The notes below the pieces were generated by a model. It was not told where the DNA came from, made no database searches, and saw only the letters and a program-made list of their open reading frames with translations. The translations under genes were made by a program, and so were the position numbers. 64,000 bases of DNA, taken from assembly GCA_027923505.1 (NCBI GenBank), contig BROI01000017.1, positions 310,001 through 374,000 on the forward strand, in the 5' to 3' direction. This document shows positions 33,629-45,947 of the stretch, piece after piece (position 1 is the stretch's first letter; each line of letters opens with the position of its first letter). Source of the stretch: Mayamaea pseudoterrestris. Taxonomy: Eukaryota.

Positions 33629-35463
33629 CTACACATCCATAGACTCTAAAACCTCATGATAATCCCGCTCAGTCAGTTGCGATTCATCAATTTGGTTGTT
33701 CTGATGGTGGTGTGGCAACTGACCATGATCATCCATTCCCAGGCGATCCAACGGCTCGTGATGATCTTGTCCGCCAGTGCCATCATCCGCGTTTTCGTCT
33801 TCATCATCGTCGTCATCTTCTTCGTCCTCTTCTTCGTCATCTTCGTCATCAGGCAGTACTGGTGTGGGGAACCCCTCCACTGCCAGCGCAAGATCTACAT
33901 CCTTGGTAAAGCCTAAATTCGCCAAAAGCGCGACACGTTCCTGACTCATCTTGGTCTTCATGGTCCGCGTAGCATCCGTTCCATGTCGATGCAAATTCAT
34001 CAGTCGCAGCTTTTGCTCGACGCACCAAGCCCAGAGTTCGGGCATTTCGGCGGGAGGTATGAGAAAATGCCCGTGGACTTTGAAGAAATCCTCACATTGC
34101 GAAAATCGCTGCCGCCACGTATGGCGGGGACCCGCGAGCGTCTGACGAACCTCCCACGAAAAGCCAAGCTGATCCAGCAACTGAGTGCGTGCCGGCGTCA
34201 TGCTTGACTTTTTGCCCTTGAGCATTTGCCGACGCTGATGTCGTTGCGTATGTACCCATCGGCCAAGCTTGGGGTTTTGCGCATAATGCGTCGGGACCAT
34301 TGTGTTTCCATTCTGCTGCGAATACATTTGCAACTCTCGGTAGTGGTCTTCCCATTTGTCAACGTGGACGCTGTGCAAAAGAGGGCATGAATAGTGAGAA
34401 ACGAAGAAAGCAGGACAAGCACTAAAAGAAGAAAGGCAACTCAAAACAACACTGCCAAATACACTTGCACATACCGAAAGTGGAACCCAAGCTCCTCTAG
34501 TTGACGCATTCGTTCCTCCACCATGCGATTCTTCCGCCCCTCCTTCAAGTGCGTCGCATACGTTGTGCGCTGTCGATGAATCCACTCGGCGAAGCTTGGG
34601 TCCGCGGGAAATCCATGAGGCACCAACGTGTTACCATGCACCTGCTTGTAGCGTTGCAGCTGCTGAAATCGTGCGTTCCAATCCTCCTTTTGTCTGCGAC
34701 TGCGCTCCGTGCTCCATACAAAGCCAAGATCGTCCAGCTGCGCAATCTTATCCGCCGTGAGAGAACACTTCTTTTTATATCCCTCCGGCGTCAACTTGTG
34801 ATAGAGCTTGTATTGCTCGCGCGTATTGTGCACAAACTTGCCGAGCGAGGGATTCTCCTTGTATCGAATTGGTATCAACAAATTACCATGCTCAAGCCTG
34901 TAGGCTTCCAACATGGCGAGGCGATCCTCCCAGTTGACGCGAGTAGGCGTTGCGCGGGGACGCTTCGTTGTTACCACATCTGTGGTTCCAGTTGGAGCAT
35001 CCTTGCGCTTTTTATCACTACCGTCATCAGTTAAAAGCTGTTTCGCTGCATCTTGATCATGATGAGGAGTTACTTGTGACTGTAAGTTTGCTAATGGAAT
35101 CGGCTCGTGATCATCATGCTGCAATGCAGCGGCCGCAGCCGCAGCTGCAGTGCTCGTCGGAGTCGAAGGCTGCCCATAGGCGAGAATGAGGTTTCCAGTA
35201 GTGTTTGCTGCATCCTTTTCGACGGCTGCAGGTTCTTCAATAGTCGCTTCGTGCAATTCAGCCGCCGCAGCCTCGACGCTCAGAATCGGTTGCTGAATAA
35301 TGTTCTCGGTGCTGCTGCATGTGTTGACGACGACCACTTCTTGCTGCGGCTGTTGCTGTTCAATCGGTTCGCTCGCTTCGTTCAAGTACTCGCCGTTACC
35401 GCCATGAAATGGCTCCGCGGCTGGCTCACGATCGTTGGATCCATCATTCACGGAGTCATTCAT
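33629..35463 (-). CDS. Helicase-associated (HA) repeat protein (about 4 HA domains), a family expanded in diatoms
   Basis: Repeated units of the form W..R...L..Y...HG...VP..Y..NP.LG.WV..QR..Y....R...LD.LGF.W. An intron at 34474-34371 joins LGFHFR-VHVDKWE. Confidence 0.88.
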
Positions 35464-35624
35464 CGTCGCCGAGGTTCAAGACGGAAGTTTAGTTGGTCGT
35501 TGTGCTCTGCTGTAGGAGATGGAGCGCCATTGTCGACTGCGCAAAACCGATTAGCCACCAAACACATAACGGTGTGACATGAGTACCGTTAAGAGTTTGC
35601 TTACGTTGGTCATGAAACCGATTT

Positions 35625-36206
35625 GCGCAAGCCAGCCTTGCCTCATTATTTACACAAGACGCCGACGACGCCATACAATAACATACAATAACAATCGTCA
35701 TAAACCATGGCAATGAACATAGACAATACGACCAAGCTCCTTCAAGGAACCATTCTTGATATCTGCAAAGAGCAGCGCAAATGGGCTGCTGAGGCCAAAT
35801 TCAATGTAATTTTGCCGCGATCGGCAGAAGCACAGAGTCATAACATCATGTCATTCATCGGCCGTCATGATCCTGCATGTCAGCCATATTTCAATGAAAG
35901 GATTTACTTTGACACAGCAAAGTACAAAAGTTCTTCTGATTGGAATGACTTGTTACACGACTTGCAAAGAGCGGCACTGGAATCCGGTTCCATCCTTATT
36001 TCAAATGGGTCAACCAAACGCAAAAACTATCGGTCGCACCAAATAGTCTGCAATCATTATCGTCCATACAAGCCACAAAACAACAATCAAGAAAATAATA
36101 CCAACAAGCAGTATAGGAAGACGTCATTACACAATGACCGATTGAATAGTCGCGGGAAGGATGGTCAGAAGTTGAACCGAAGGACAACAAATGGCGTGGC
36201 TTGCGC
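35625..36206 (+). mobile_element. Probable truncated Mutator/MULE-like transposase N-terminal fragment (relic)
   Basis: A-rich ORF from 35707 (IYFD..LLHDLQRAALESG..IVCNHYR..YRKTSLHNDRLNSRGKDGQKLNRRT) recalls diatom MULE N-termini, from memory and not searched. The plausible protein ends abruptly at a (GC)n tract. It is flanked by a 10-bp inverted repeat, GCGCAAGCCA / TGGCTTGCGC. Confidence 0.45.
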
Positions 36207-36389
36207 GCGCGCGCGTTGCGCGCGCCATGCTGTTGAAAACCTCGTCGCACTGGTTCACACCGCCATGTCAATGGCGAGCCGTTCGTTCGCTCGCCACCTT
36301 CTCCGAAAAGTAGGATGGATGCCATCATTGACTCTATCCAGTCTAGTTTTTGAGCATTCTTGTTATCCCTTTCTACGTTAAAGTGCAAG

Positions 36390-38108
36390 ATGATGTTATC
36401 GCACGGACGACTTTACTCGACATTATTCACGGCCATGTTCCTTGCTCTGGGACCATTGCCGTCCAATGCCTTTTCCGTGTCGAAGGTCCGCAAACATGGC
36501 CACGCACCCGCCATTCCTGCTTCCTTTCCGACGACTCCAAAGCCCTTGAACAATATCTCTTTGAACTTGTTTTCGTCGCGACGAGCGGTTCATAGTTTTG
36601 CAACCAGTAACAGCAATCGACTCAAAGTGCGAAAGACGCGCAAGATGATGTTTGCCGCTCTGACGGTACTATTGCGACGCACGCGACGAGCCGTTGCATT
36701 CATGGCGTTTGCCGTTTGCGTTTGGATGAGTCACCAGCATGTCGCGCATGCCAATGTTGTTTCGCAGCAGCAACCAGAGATTGTAGTTTCAACAACCAAG
36801 AATCCGGGCAAGGTGATTGCTGTCTGCGGCGGCGTTGTTTTGACGAATGAACTTTACAAGCGGTCCATGAAGCAGCAAGGAAGTGACGATTCGTTGAGCT
36901 CGCCTGGTGGAAATGATAATGTTGATAATGTATTGACGCGACCGGCGCGGGCCTTGGAGCAAGTGGAACCTTTGCCGACGAAGGAACCATTGATGAATGG
37001 AGACAAGTCGCTCACAAACTCTACCAACGTTTCCACCGACTCGGTCTCGTTTTCCGTCGACAGCAGTACCGACTCGATCACTCAGACTAGTACCAAACTA
37101 CCATCATTACCAAACGAAGACGTCAACATGACCACGGTCCAAAAGCTCCAGCAGAGGGTCGAAAATGCTGCCACCAAGATGGAAGGCAAGCTCCAGGAAT
37201 GGTCGACTCGAAGCTCACCGGCAATCGACTCGCTGCCAAAGCCAACCACCATTTCGTTGCAGCGCACCAGTGCGGGGACTTCAACTAGTAGTCCATCTGT
37301 CGCAAGTGCGACCAAGACGTTGACGAAACCAGTCAAGATTACCATTCCGCCGCTACCGGCAACCGCTGCCAAGCCACGTACGACCATGACAGCTCCAGCG
37401 ACTGCCACGTCTCCGACGGCTCCGTTTTCGACGGCTCTCACGGCAGTCGCTCCGGCGACTGCCGCGGCAACGTCAGTGGCAGCATCACCCGTCAAGTCCA
37501 CGTCTGCGCCAACGTTAACGGAGTTGCCTCTAGCCGTTGCATCTACAATGGCGTCCGTACCTTTAACAACGACACCACCTTCTTACAAGGAAACACCAAC
37601 AAAGCAACCTTTACAAGTGATTGATCAAGACAAGCCAACAGTGAAAGTTGCCGGGAGTGGTGACCAATTACCGCCGCTGAGTGTCATGGGATTCGACGCG
37701 AACGGCCGCGCATTGACGCCCGAGCCAAAGAAAAATAGTAAGGATCGAAAGGAAACCTCAACGAGCATAAGTCCTCGGAAAGGCAGCACCAACAGCCCCA
37801 AGCATGACGCTCTACGAGCAATTGGATTTGGGAATGCTACGCCAGCGACCGAAGCGAAAACCTCTCATCAACAACCATTGGTAGTTAAAGATACGTATCA
37901 AGCTTCGCGCAGCAGTACTTCCTCTTCCGTGTCTTCTGCACCATTTGTCAAATCTGGAGCGGCGACGAATGGTGAATGGAAGGAACGGCCAATCATTGTG
38001 CAGCCAAGGCCACTTGATGAGGAGGTTGCGCTTCAGCAAAAGTATGCTGCGATTGACGATGTTGGGGAGAGGGCATACCAGATTTTGATTGATTTGTCAA
38101 TGATCTGA
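36390..38108 (+). CDS. Plastid (possibly thylakoid) protein with a long Ser/Thr/Pro-rich disordered region and a short helical C-terminus
   Basis: Presequence ends PSNA-FSV. It is followed by RRTRR, a hydrophobic stretch and VAHA (lumenal-signal-like). C-terminus LQQKYAAIDDVGERAYQILIDLSMI. Confidence 0.72.
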   Translation: MMLSHGRLYSTLFTAMFLALGPLPSNAFSVSKVRKHGHAPAIPASFPTTPKPLNNISLNLFSSRRAVHSFATSNSNRLKVRKTRKMMFAALTVLLRRTRRAVAFMAFAVCVWMSHQHVAHANVVSQQQPEIVVSTTKNPGKVIAVCGGVVLTNELYKRSMKQQGSDDSLSSPGGNDNVDNVLTRPARALEQVEPLPTKEPLMNGDKSLTNSTNVSTDSVSFSVDSSTDSITQTSTKLPSLPNEDVNMTTVQKLQQRVENAATKMEGKLQEWSTRSSPAIDSLPKPTTISLQRTSAGTSTSSPSVASATKTLTKPVKITIPPLPATAAKPRTTMTAPATATSPTAPFSTALTAVAPATAAATSVAASPVKSTSAPTLTELPLAVASTMASVPLTTTPPSYKETPTKQPLQVIDQDKPTVKVAGSGDQLPPLSVMGFDANGRALTPEPKKNSKDRKETSTSISPRKGSTNSPKHDALRAIGFGNATPATEAKTSHQQPLVVKDTYQASRSSTSSSVSSAPFVKSGAATNGEWKERPIIVQPRPLDEEVALQQKYAAIDDVGERAYQILIDLSMI

Positions 38109-38498
38109 TGAAAGATGCAAACGGATTCTAGATCTTTTGGTGGGCAAAATCTATGGCACTATGGAGCTGGAGCTTGGACGCCTATCCTCTCAACTAGTTT
38201 ATTTAGGCTAGGTGAACATGCATCAAATACGCTTTTTTAATCGCAAGTATGTTCCTGAGTATAGCTAGCAAAGGTACCGTTGCATTGTTGTACGACTACC
38301 GGTGGTTGTTATATCTCAAAGTCCTACTACTACGACGTAGTACGACTTATGTCAATGTCACAGTGAATACCGGTCCGACATTTCTTGATCCTTGACAACC
38401 ACCACTCGAAACGATGAAGGGCACAATGGATATGATCATCTTTTCCTTCACAGCCTTCGACATATAGACAACTTTGATATCACTCGTCGGTACCTACA

Positions 38499-40148
38499 AT
38501 GTCGTCACAGGCGCTCTCTCAGACTCACTCCAGCAAGTCGCAGTACGCATTGTGCATCGCTCACGTTGTCAATGAACTCATTCAATCCTACGAATCTGGC
38601 GCGACGCTCAACTTGACGACTCTAAAAACGCAAGCCGCCCGCAAGTTCAAACTCAAGGGAATTCCCAAAATGAGTGACATTCTCCAGGGACTTCCGATTG
38701 AGTATCGCGCCAAACTATGGCCGTACCTCCAAACGAAACCAGTCCGCACGGCGAGTGGCGTGGCCGTGGTGGCCGTCATGACCAAACCGCACCGCTGTCC
38801 GCACATTGCCTACACTGGAAACGTTTGCGTCTACTGCCCCGGTGGACCGGACAGTGACTTTGAGTATTCCACGCAGGCGTACACTGGTTACGAGCCAACC
38901 TCCATGCGAGCCATTCGAGCGAGATACGATCCGTACAGTCAAGTGCGGGGTCGGGTGGCGCAGCTGCGTGCGATTGGACACAATGTCGACAAGGTTGAGT
39001 TCATTGTCATGGGAGGAACATTCTTGAGTCTTGATAAGGAATACAAGGACTTTTTCATTCGCAACTTGCACGATGCCTTGTCGGGTTATCATAGTCAGAG
39101 TGTGGAGGAATCGATTCGATACTCGGAGCAGGCTGTCACCAAGTGCATTGGAATTACGATTGAAACAAGACCAGACTATTGCTTGAAGCCGCACTTGGAG
39201 GAAATGCTGCAGTATGGATGCACGCGCATTGAGATTGGCGTGCAAAGCATTTACGAGTCGGTGGCGCGAGAGACGAATCGGGGACATACTGTGGCGGCGG
39301 TGTCGCATTCGTTCCACTTGGCCAAGGATTGCGGATTCAAGGTGGTGACGCACATGATGCCTGACTTGCCCAACATGGGTTACGAGCGAGACTTGGAAGG
39401 CTTCAAGGAGTACTTTGAGAACCCCGCCTTTCGAAGTGATGGTATGAAGCTGTATCCAACACTTGTTATTCGAGGTACTGGCTTGTATGAGCTATGGAAG
39501 ACGAATCGATACCAAAATTATACACCGGACCAGTTGGTGGAGCTGACGGCGCAAGTTTTGAGCCTAGTTCCACCCTGGACGCGACTGTACCGCATTCAAC
39601 GTGACATTCCCATGCCGCTCGTCTCATCTGGTGTGGAACACGGTAACCTACGTGAGCTGGCATTAGCCAGAATGCGTGAGTTGGATCTGCCGTGCCTTGA
39701 CATTCGTACGCGAGAGGTTGGTATGAAACAAATCCATGCCTCCGTGACTCCCAATCAAGTGGAGCTTGTACGACGAGACTACGTGGCTAACGGTGGCTGG
39801 GAGACGTTTCTGAGTTACGAAGACCCGACGCAAGACATTTTAATTGGCCTTCTTCGGCTGCGCAAGGTTTCGGACGCTGCGTGGCTCAAGGAAATTACGG
39901 AGCGTCCGTCAAGCATCATTCGCGAGCTGCACGTTTACGGATCCGCTGTTGCCGTTTCCACAAGAGATCCAACTCGATTTCAGCACCAAGGTTTTGGTAT
40001 ATTGTTAATGGAAGAGGCGGAGCGCATTGCTCGAGAAGAACATTTATCTGAAAAGTTACTTGTCATTAGCGGTGTAGGAACTCGCCACTACTATCGAAAG
40101 TTGGGATTTCAGCTTGATGGAACTTACATGAGCAAACTGTTGGTGTGA
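38499..40148 (+). CDS. ELP3: Elongator complex protein 3 (radical SAM plus acetyltransferase)
   Basis: Motifs [56 protein letters not shown] and [14 protein letters not shown]. Confidence 0.98.
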   Translation: MSSQALSQTHSSKSQYALCIAHVVNELIQSYESGATLNLTTLKTQAARKFKLKGIPKMSDILQGLPIEYRAKLWPYLQTKPVRTASGVAVVAVMTKPHRCPHIAYTGNVCVYCPGGPDSDFEYSTQAYTGYEPTSMRAIRARYDPYSQVRGRVAQLRAIGHNVDKVEFIVMGGTFLSLDKEYKDFFIRNLHDALSGYHSQSVEESIRYSEQAVTKCIGITIETRPDYCLKPHLEEMLQYGCTRIEIGVQSIYESVARETNRGHTVAAVSHSFHLAKDCGFKVVTHMMPDLPNMGYERDLEGFKEYFENPAFRSDGMKLYPTLVIRGTGLYELWKTNRYQNYTPDQLVELTAQVLSLVPPWTRLYRIQRDIPMPLVSSGVEHGNLRELALARMRELDLPCLDIRTREVGMKQIHASVTPNQVELVRRDYVANGGWETFLSYEDPTQDILIGLLRLRKVSDAAWLKEITERPSSIIRELHVYGSAVAVSTRDPTRFQHQGFGILLMEEAERIAREEHLSEKLLVISGVGTRHYYRKLGFQLDGTYMSKLLV

Positions 40149-40292
40149 CGAAGTGCTTTTATAGTCGTTTTTGGCTAAAGAGCAATGAAGTTCTTCTTCT
40201 TAAATTTTGCGTTAAAATTTACATACAAATTACAACGGCTCGATAGCGTCGGTAGCCGGACTGGACTATAAGGGAGACCAAGCCACGCGGAC

Positions 40293-42827
40293 TTAATCGT
40301 CAAATATTGACTTCATCAACTCTAAAATCTCCTTCGTTTCAGCGTCCAGCGGATTCGCCATTTCTTCCATGGTTGCGCCAAATGTCTGGTCGAATTCTTT
40401 TTTAATGTTTGCCAGATCGTCCTTACTAAAAGCCCCCGAGTCTTTCAGTTGCTTCGCACCCAAGAGCATTTGCTTGACCTTGTCAAGATCATAATTTCCA
40501 TCCTCTAGGTTTAAACCGTCCACTCCAGCCATGCTGCCCATGCTCGCCATCATTTCTTCCATGCCTTCCATCTTCTCGCCATTCTTCATCATCTCCATCA
40601 TATTTTTTTGGACGGCAGACATCATAAGGCCTTCTGCCTTCTTATCGCTAATTTTGAAAATGTCCTGCAGGGACTGCAGTCGAGAATCGAAATCGTCTTT
40701 TGGGTTTGACATCATGGAACCAGCATACGCGCTGTACAAGCTTTCAAGCTTGCCTCTGCCAAGATCGCCCTCATACGTGACCGGAGCAATAACCACGCCA
40801 TCAGCCACAGCGTCATACATGGAAGCCGCATGCATAATGAACTGAATGGCCACATCCAAAGCTTCCACCTGGACCTTTGTGTCCTTTTCCTTTAACGTTA
40901 CAGCGGCAAGGTCAATTATGTTGATTAGCATGCAATTAACGACATTGGCAAAAATTTCGGCCGATGATACCAGGTCGAGATCTGCTTTTTCGCGAGCATT
41001 AATAAGCTTTTGCTTCGCACTTTCTAGATCGAATTCAGGCATGGGCATGTCGCCTGGAAGCGCTTGCACGCGCGGAAATCGGCCTGGAGCTCCAAACGTT
41101 AGCAATTTTGCCAGTAGCGTTGCAAACTCTGGGGCCTCCGCATCCGGTGCAACAAGAACCGCAATATCCGTCTCTCGTCCAGTCTTGTTTCTGTTAAAGA
41201 CATTTTTCAAACCAAGACGTTTCTTTTTCGGCGCTGGTTCCAGCGGTAACTTTACTGGCGCCGGGCTCGGTGCTGGTGCCGATGCTGCTTTTGGAGACGG
41301 CTTCGAGCCATTAAAAATATCCAAGTCCCATTCCTCGTCGTCAACATCCATCATGGATGTTGAGGTTTTTGGACGCTTCGTCTCCGTTCCAGATGCATCT
41401 CCCATAATGAGTCGAAACTGGCGTTGTCGTTCCTCCTCCTCGCGAGCGGCTTTGTCTCGGTACACTTTGAACGCCAATCCTCCACCACCAATGGCGACAA
41501 AGGCTGCAGCGGCTGGCAGTGCCTTTTTGACCAAATGGTCTTTGCTTATATTGGGTCTAAAAGTCAAAGCTGCTCTCTTAGCTTTAGGAGCCACCGTTTT
41601 AGACACTGACTTGGCGGCATTAACAGCTTGTTGCTTCGTTTCTTCCAGCTTGCTGGCAGCTTGATGCATCTTCTGGTCAGCTTTTGTGGCAACTTTTCGT
41701 TTCTTCTGGTTAAGTTTGGCAACCTTTGGCTTTGCTTGCTGAACTTTAGCGACAAGCTTGCGTTGAGACTTGGACTTTGGGTTTTGTTCCTTGACACTCG
41801 TCTCTCCATTCTTGGGTGGAATTACCTGCCCGTACTCTTCCAAATTTGCCTCAAACTGCGCCGCCATTTGGGCAGCACGTTCCGTCGGAATTTCTAGTAT
41901 GCAAATTGTGTTATCCTGGTGCGTGGAAAAGTACTCGAGTGGATCTATTCCACGATTGCGCATGTCCTTGGCAATGAGCGCAATAATCTTTCGATTGTTT
42001 CGAAGCCGATACGCTTGAGACTGCTTCGAGTTCCTCGACTGCAAAACGTTTTCTACGTTGAAAGGAGTTCCTGCAACCTCGCCAAGATCAACACCTTCCT
42101 TGTAAAAGGTAGTTTGTCGCTGTCCCTCCATGTCGACGTACGGATCAATGCCTTGCTCCAGTAGATTGCGTTTCAGCTGCTCCAAACCTTGTGCCATTTG
42201 TTCCGCCTTTTTGATTTGCTGCTGCTTATATTCCTGTTCAAACTTGACGCGAGCGCCTTCTCCCTCGGTGGCTTCAATCTCGCGACACTTTTTCGCAAAC
42301 GCCCGAAGTTCATCTTGCTGCACCTTGACTTGACTACGCTTGTATTCCGACATGGCCTCAACAATGGGGTCTCTACTTTCGCCCTTGGGCATGACCATGA
42401 CGGGAGCGGATGCGTGGGCAGGCTGCGGTCGCATGGTGCTCATGGTTACCGCCAAGAACAGTGAGAGTGCAAACGAGAGTTTCATGCAAGCTCGAACGAC
42501 GGACTGGAGTAAGACGGAGGTCCGTTGGAACTTGCGGCTGAGATACCGGCGAATCGCCGATCGCTTTGATCTATCATTATGTTCCGGTAAATTGAAGAGT
42601 CGAGAAGCTTGGAAGACAGTCGAATGGTGATGGAATGATCGTGATGGACTCACTGTCAAACTTGCACCAAAACGTGAATTTGTCGACGAAACGCGCGTTG
42701 ATGGAGCTAGCGAGACCGGTCGCTGTAGACCGGAAAGCTGCTGGAAGGCTTGTACGCCTTTGCCAAGCAGCAATAAAGCGACTACTAGTAGACGACGCAT
42801 CATTCTGTGAACCATCATTTTCGCCAT
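40293..42827 (-). CDS. Large plastid membrane protein, unknown function
   Basis: 844-aa ORF with presequence GVQA-FQ, a second hydrophobic signal ending PQPAHA, a central TM helix (AAAAFVAIGGGGLAF) and a helical C-terminal domain. Confidence 0.75.
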   Translation of the reverse strand: MAKMMVHRMMRRLLVVALLLLGKGVQAFQQLSGLQRPVSLAPSTRVSSTNSRFGASLTVSPSRSFHHHSTVFQASRLFNLPEHNDRSKRSAIRRYLSRKFQRTSVLLQSVVRACMKLSFALSLFLAVTMSTMRPQPAHASAPVMVMPKGESRDPIVEAMSEYKRSQVKVQQDELRAFAKKCREIEATEGEGARVKFEQEYKQQQIKKAEQMAQGLEQLKRNLLEQGIDPYVDMEGQRQTTFYKEGVDLGEVAGTPFNVENVLQSRNSKQSQAYRLRNNRKIIALIAKDMRNRGIDPLEYFSTHQDNTICILEIPTERAAQMAAQFEANLEEYGQVIPPKNGETSVKEQNPKSKSQRKLVAKVQQAKPKVAKLNQKKRKVATKADQKMHQAASKLEETKQQAVNAAKSVSKTVAPKAKRAALTFRPNISKDHLVKKALPAAAAFVAIGGGGLAFKVYRDKAAREEEERQRQFRLIMGDASGTETKRPKTSTSMMDVDDEEWDLDIFNGSKPSPKAASAPAPSPAPVKLPLEPAPKKKRLGLKNVFNRNKTGRETDIAVLVAPDAEAPEFATLLAKLLTFGAPGRFPRVQALPGDMPMPEFDLESAKQKLINAREKADLDLVSSAEIFANVVNCMLINIIDLAAVTLKEKDTKVQVEALDVAIQFIMHAASMYDAVADGVVIAPVTYEGDLGRGKLESLYSAYAGSMMSNPKDDFDSRLQSLQDIFKISDKKAEGLMMSAVQKNMMEMMKNGEKMEGMEEMMASMGSMAGVDGLNLEDGNYDLDKVKQMLLGAKQLKDSGAFSKDDLANIKKEFDQTFGATMEEMANPLDAETKEILELMKSIFDD

Positions 42828-43145
42828 GGTCGCATCGCAGCGTGCGGTCGTCCCTCATCGAAATCCGATCTATTGGTCTGGCCGTCAACCGCAATGTACG
42901 TCATCATGGCAGGCTGGCGCGCAGACATTTTCGGACGCCGAAAAATTCGACGGAAATGACTGCGGTCATCATCACGAGCACCTCTCCGCGCTCCTCGAAG
43001 GATGGATCGGACGACCACCTTTTTCTCAGTCAATATCATATAGTATCTAGATCATTAGCAGTGTGTGTGAGCCGGGCTTGTCAAAAAGATAGTGATTCAT
43101 CAGCTCGACTTCAAGAGGTGCAGCTGTGAATCGGGAGCATTCATC

Positions 43146-45662
43146 ATGTTCAAGAAACTCTTCAACAAGAACAAGAACAAGCTGGGCGGGTCGGCGTCAA
43201 ACTTGGCCGAAGGCGACGGCTCGGAAGCGGGCTTGCTGGACGAACGCTCGGATCGAAACTTTGAACCTGAAAAGACAGCTCCGGCGCTAAAGAAAAAGGC
43301 GGCAGCTCCCGCCAAACCAGCAAAGGCTGCAGCAGCACCGTCGAAATCAAGCAGCAGCAAGCAAGCTCCACCGGCTCCAGCGCCACAAGGTTTGCCTGAC
43401 GCGGGAACTCCGATTAATAGAGCAAAGGATCGGACGGATGCCATTGACAAAGCACGGACTGTGCAGGTATGTTGGGATTCTCTCCGATTCTGTTGTGATT
43501 GCTCGACGAAGTCATTTGTCAGTCTCACATTCGCTAAATGTTTATTCTCGCACCGCAGGTTGGTGGCATTAAATTGACCTACGCATACATTTCATTGCGG
43601 GGATTTTATCCTGATGATCCATTCAAAAATAATCAAGACGCTTACGCCGTCAAACAAGGCGTTGGCAAGGACAAGAACAACATGCTCTTTTCGGTATTCG
43701 ACGGACACGGCAAGGATGGTGATGGATGTGCCATTTACGCCAAGAAACAGTTGCCCGTCAATCTAGCTCATCACTTGGATCGAGCCAAGCCTAAAAAGGG
43801 AACCAAGGACATTAGCAAGGATCAAGTGCAGCAGGCACTGCACCGCGCTCATCTCGATACCAACAAGGGTCTGCACAAGAATCCCAACGTTGATGACACA
43901 CTTTCGGGAACGACTGCCATTTCCATGTATTTCCACGGCAACCGCAATCGCATCACCGTGTCGAACGTTGGTGACTCGCGCGCCATTCTGGGACAGGAGG
44001 TGGCCGGTTCCAATCGACGCGAAGGACCTCGCGCGCTCAAGGCGTTGGCGCTGTCGAGGGATCAAACACCCTACCGCAAGGACGAAAAGGCTCGCGTGAA
44101 GCGGGCGGGTGCCCGCGTCTTGTCGTTGGATCAGCTGGAAGGGTTGGAGCCGATCATTGAAGGAGCTTCGGAGAATGACGAGTCATTGGAACTTGGCGAG
44201 GAATTGGATGAAGGCGGTGACCCTCCGCGCATTTGGGCGCAGAATGGCGATTATCCCGGAACGGCCTTTACGCGATCCATTGGAGACTCGGTCGCCGAGG
44301 ATCTTGGAGTGTTTGCCGAGCCAGAAATGTTGACGCGTGAGGTCTTGCCCGAGGACAAGATACTGATTATTGCATCGGACGGTGTGTACGAGTTTCTTAC
44401 CAACCAGAGCGTGATTGATATTTGCGCCAAGTTTGCTGATCCGCTAGAGGCTTGTCGGGCCGTTGTGGCGGAAGCGTATGAGTTGTGGCTGCAGTATGAG
44501 CTTCGTACCGATGACATTACCATTATTTGCATGTTTGTGGATGAAGTCAAGGGAGGAAGCCGGCGAAGTCTTGGTGACGAGTCGGAGGGATTTTCGACCA
44601 TTCCTGCTCCCATACTTGGAGGCCTGCAATCGGATGACGACATTGATGCTCAAATTCTTACAGAGGGCGCGCGACCTGTCCGAAAGCATGTCTCGAAGAA
44701 GACATCAAAGGCTCTCGAGAAGATGCGTGAGCAAGGCAAGAAGATGGACATGTACGAAGGCGACGAGGACTTTGACTGGAAAAAGCACGCGACAAAGAAA
44801 ACCGCAGAAGAAAAGGCTTCCATTGCGGAAGCCATCAAAGCGTCTGTCATGTTCCGCAATACGAGCGATGAGCAGCGCGAGATGATCTTTGCATGCATGG
44901 AATCTGTCCACGTCAAGGCTGGCACCTGGGTCATTCGACAGGGCAGTGTTGGAGATCGCTTCTACATTTGCGACGAGGGGCAGTTCGAGGTTCGAATTCT
45001 ACCGGACGGTCAGGAGGATCCGACTGGACATGGCGGTCACATTGTGCACGTTTACGATGGCTCGCGGGCGAGGAATTCGCACCCTAGTTTTGGAGAATTG
45101 GCGCTGGTACGTTGTGTGCGGCTTATGGTTGCATGTATCTGTTGCCAGACCGAATTCTGAACATCTTATTCTTTCAACACAGGTCCATAGCATGCCACGT
45201 TCCGCCTCGGTAGTTGCCAAGACGGATGGTCACCTTTGGGCTTTGCACCGAGCCGCTTTTCGCCAAGTGCTCGTCGAGGCCCAGGACCACCGCAAGGAAC
45301 TAAAGAAGGTGCTTGGCAATATCCCATATTTCCAGTATCTGGACTCGGACGCCATTAACAAGCTGGCCACAATCATGGACGAAGTCACCTTTGGTCGTGG
45401 TGAAACCATTACCGAGCAAGGTCGCAAGGGCGAATGCATGCATGTGATTGCCTCTGGTTCATGCTACGGCGTCCAAACGCACGGAAGCGACACGAAGCGA
45501 GTCAACTACAAGACTGGTAGCTACTTTGGCGACGAAATCTTTTCGTCGGATCATGGCAAATACTCAAGAACGGTGGTGACGCTGCAGACTACTGTTTGTT
45601 GGCAGCTGGATCATGAAGTAATGAAGCAAACAATGGGTCCATTGCTCAAGCCTCCATCGTAA
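43146..45662 (+). CDS. Protein phosphatase 2C with two cyclic-nucleotide-binding domains
   Basis: Introns at 43467-43558 and 45107-45182. PP2C motifs NQD, VFDGHG, SGTT, NVGDSR, FTRSIGD, IASDGV and DDIT. cNMP motifs VIRQG..GDRFYI..FGELALVHSMPRSAS and ITEQG..YFGDE. Confidence 0.92.
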
Positions 45663-45947
45663 TTGTAACAGTTGGTGCATGTAGTTGCAGAATAGCTTTG
45701 CAATGATTCGGATTGTATGCTAGTGTATGCAGCCGGATAAAATGTTGTTAACGGTTTTAGTTAGGTTATATGACTGTATAAAGAGGAATATAGAGATTGT
45801 GCGTATCGAGTCATAAAAGATTGCACCTGTATAATGAATGAATGGATGTTGAAAGGTGGACAGCAACGTGCGTTTACATCTTGCTGGCAAAGGTGAGCCA
45901 GCCATAGAAGAACGTCAAGCCTTTTAGAAACGAGCGTCACCCGACTT

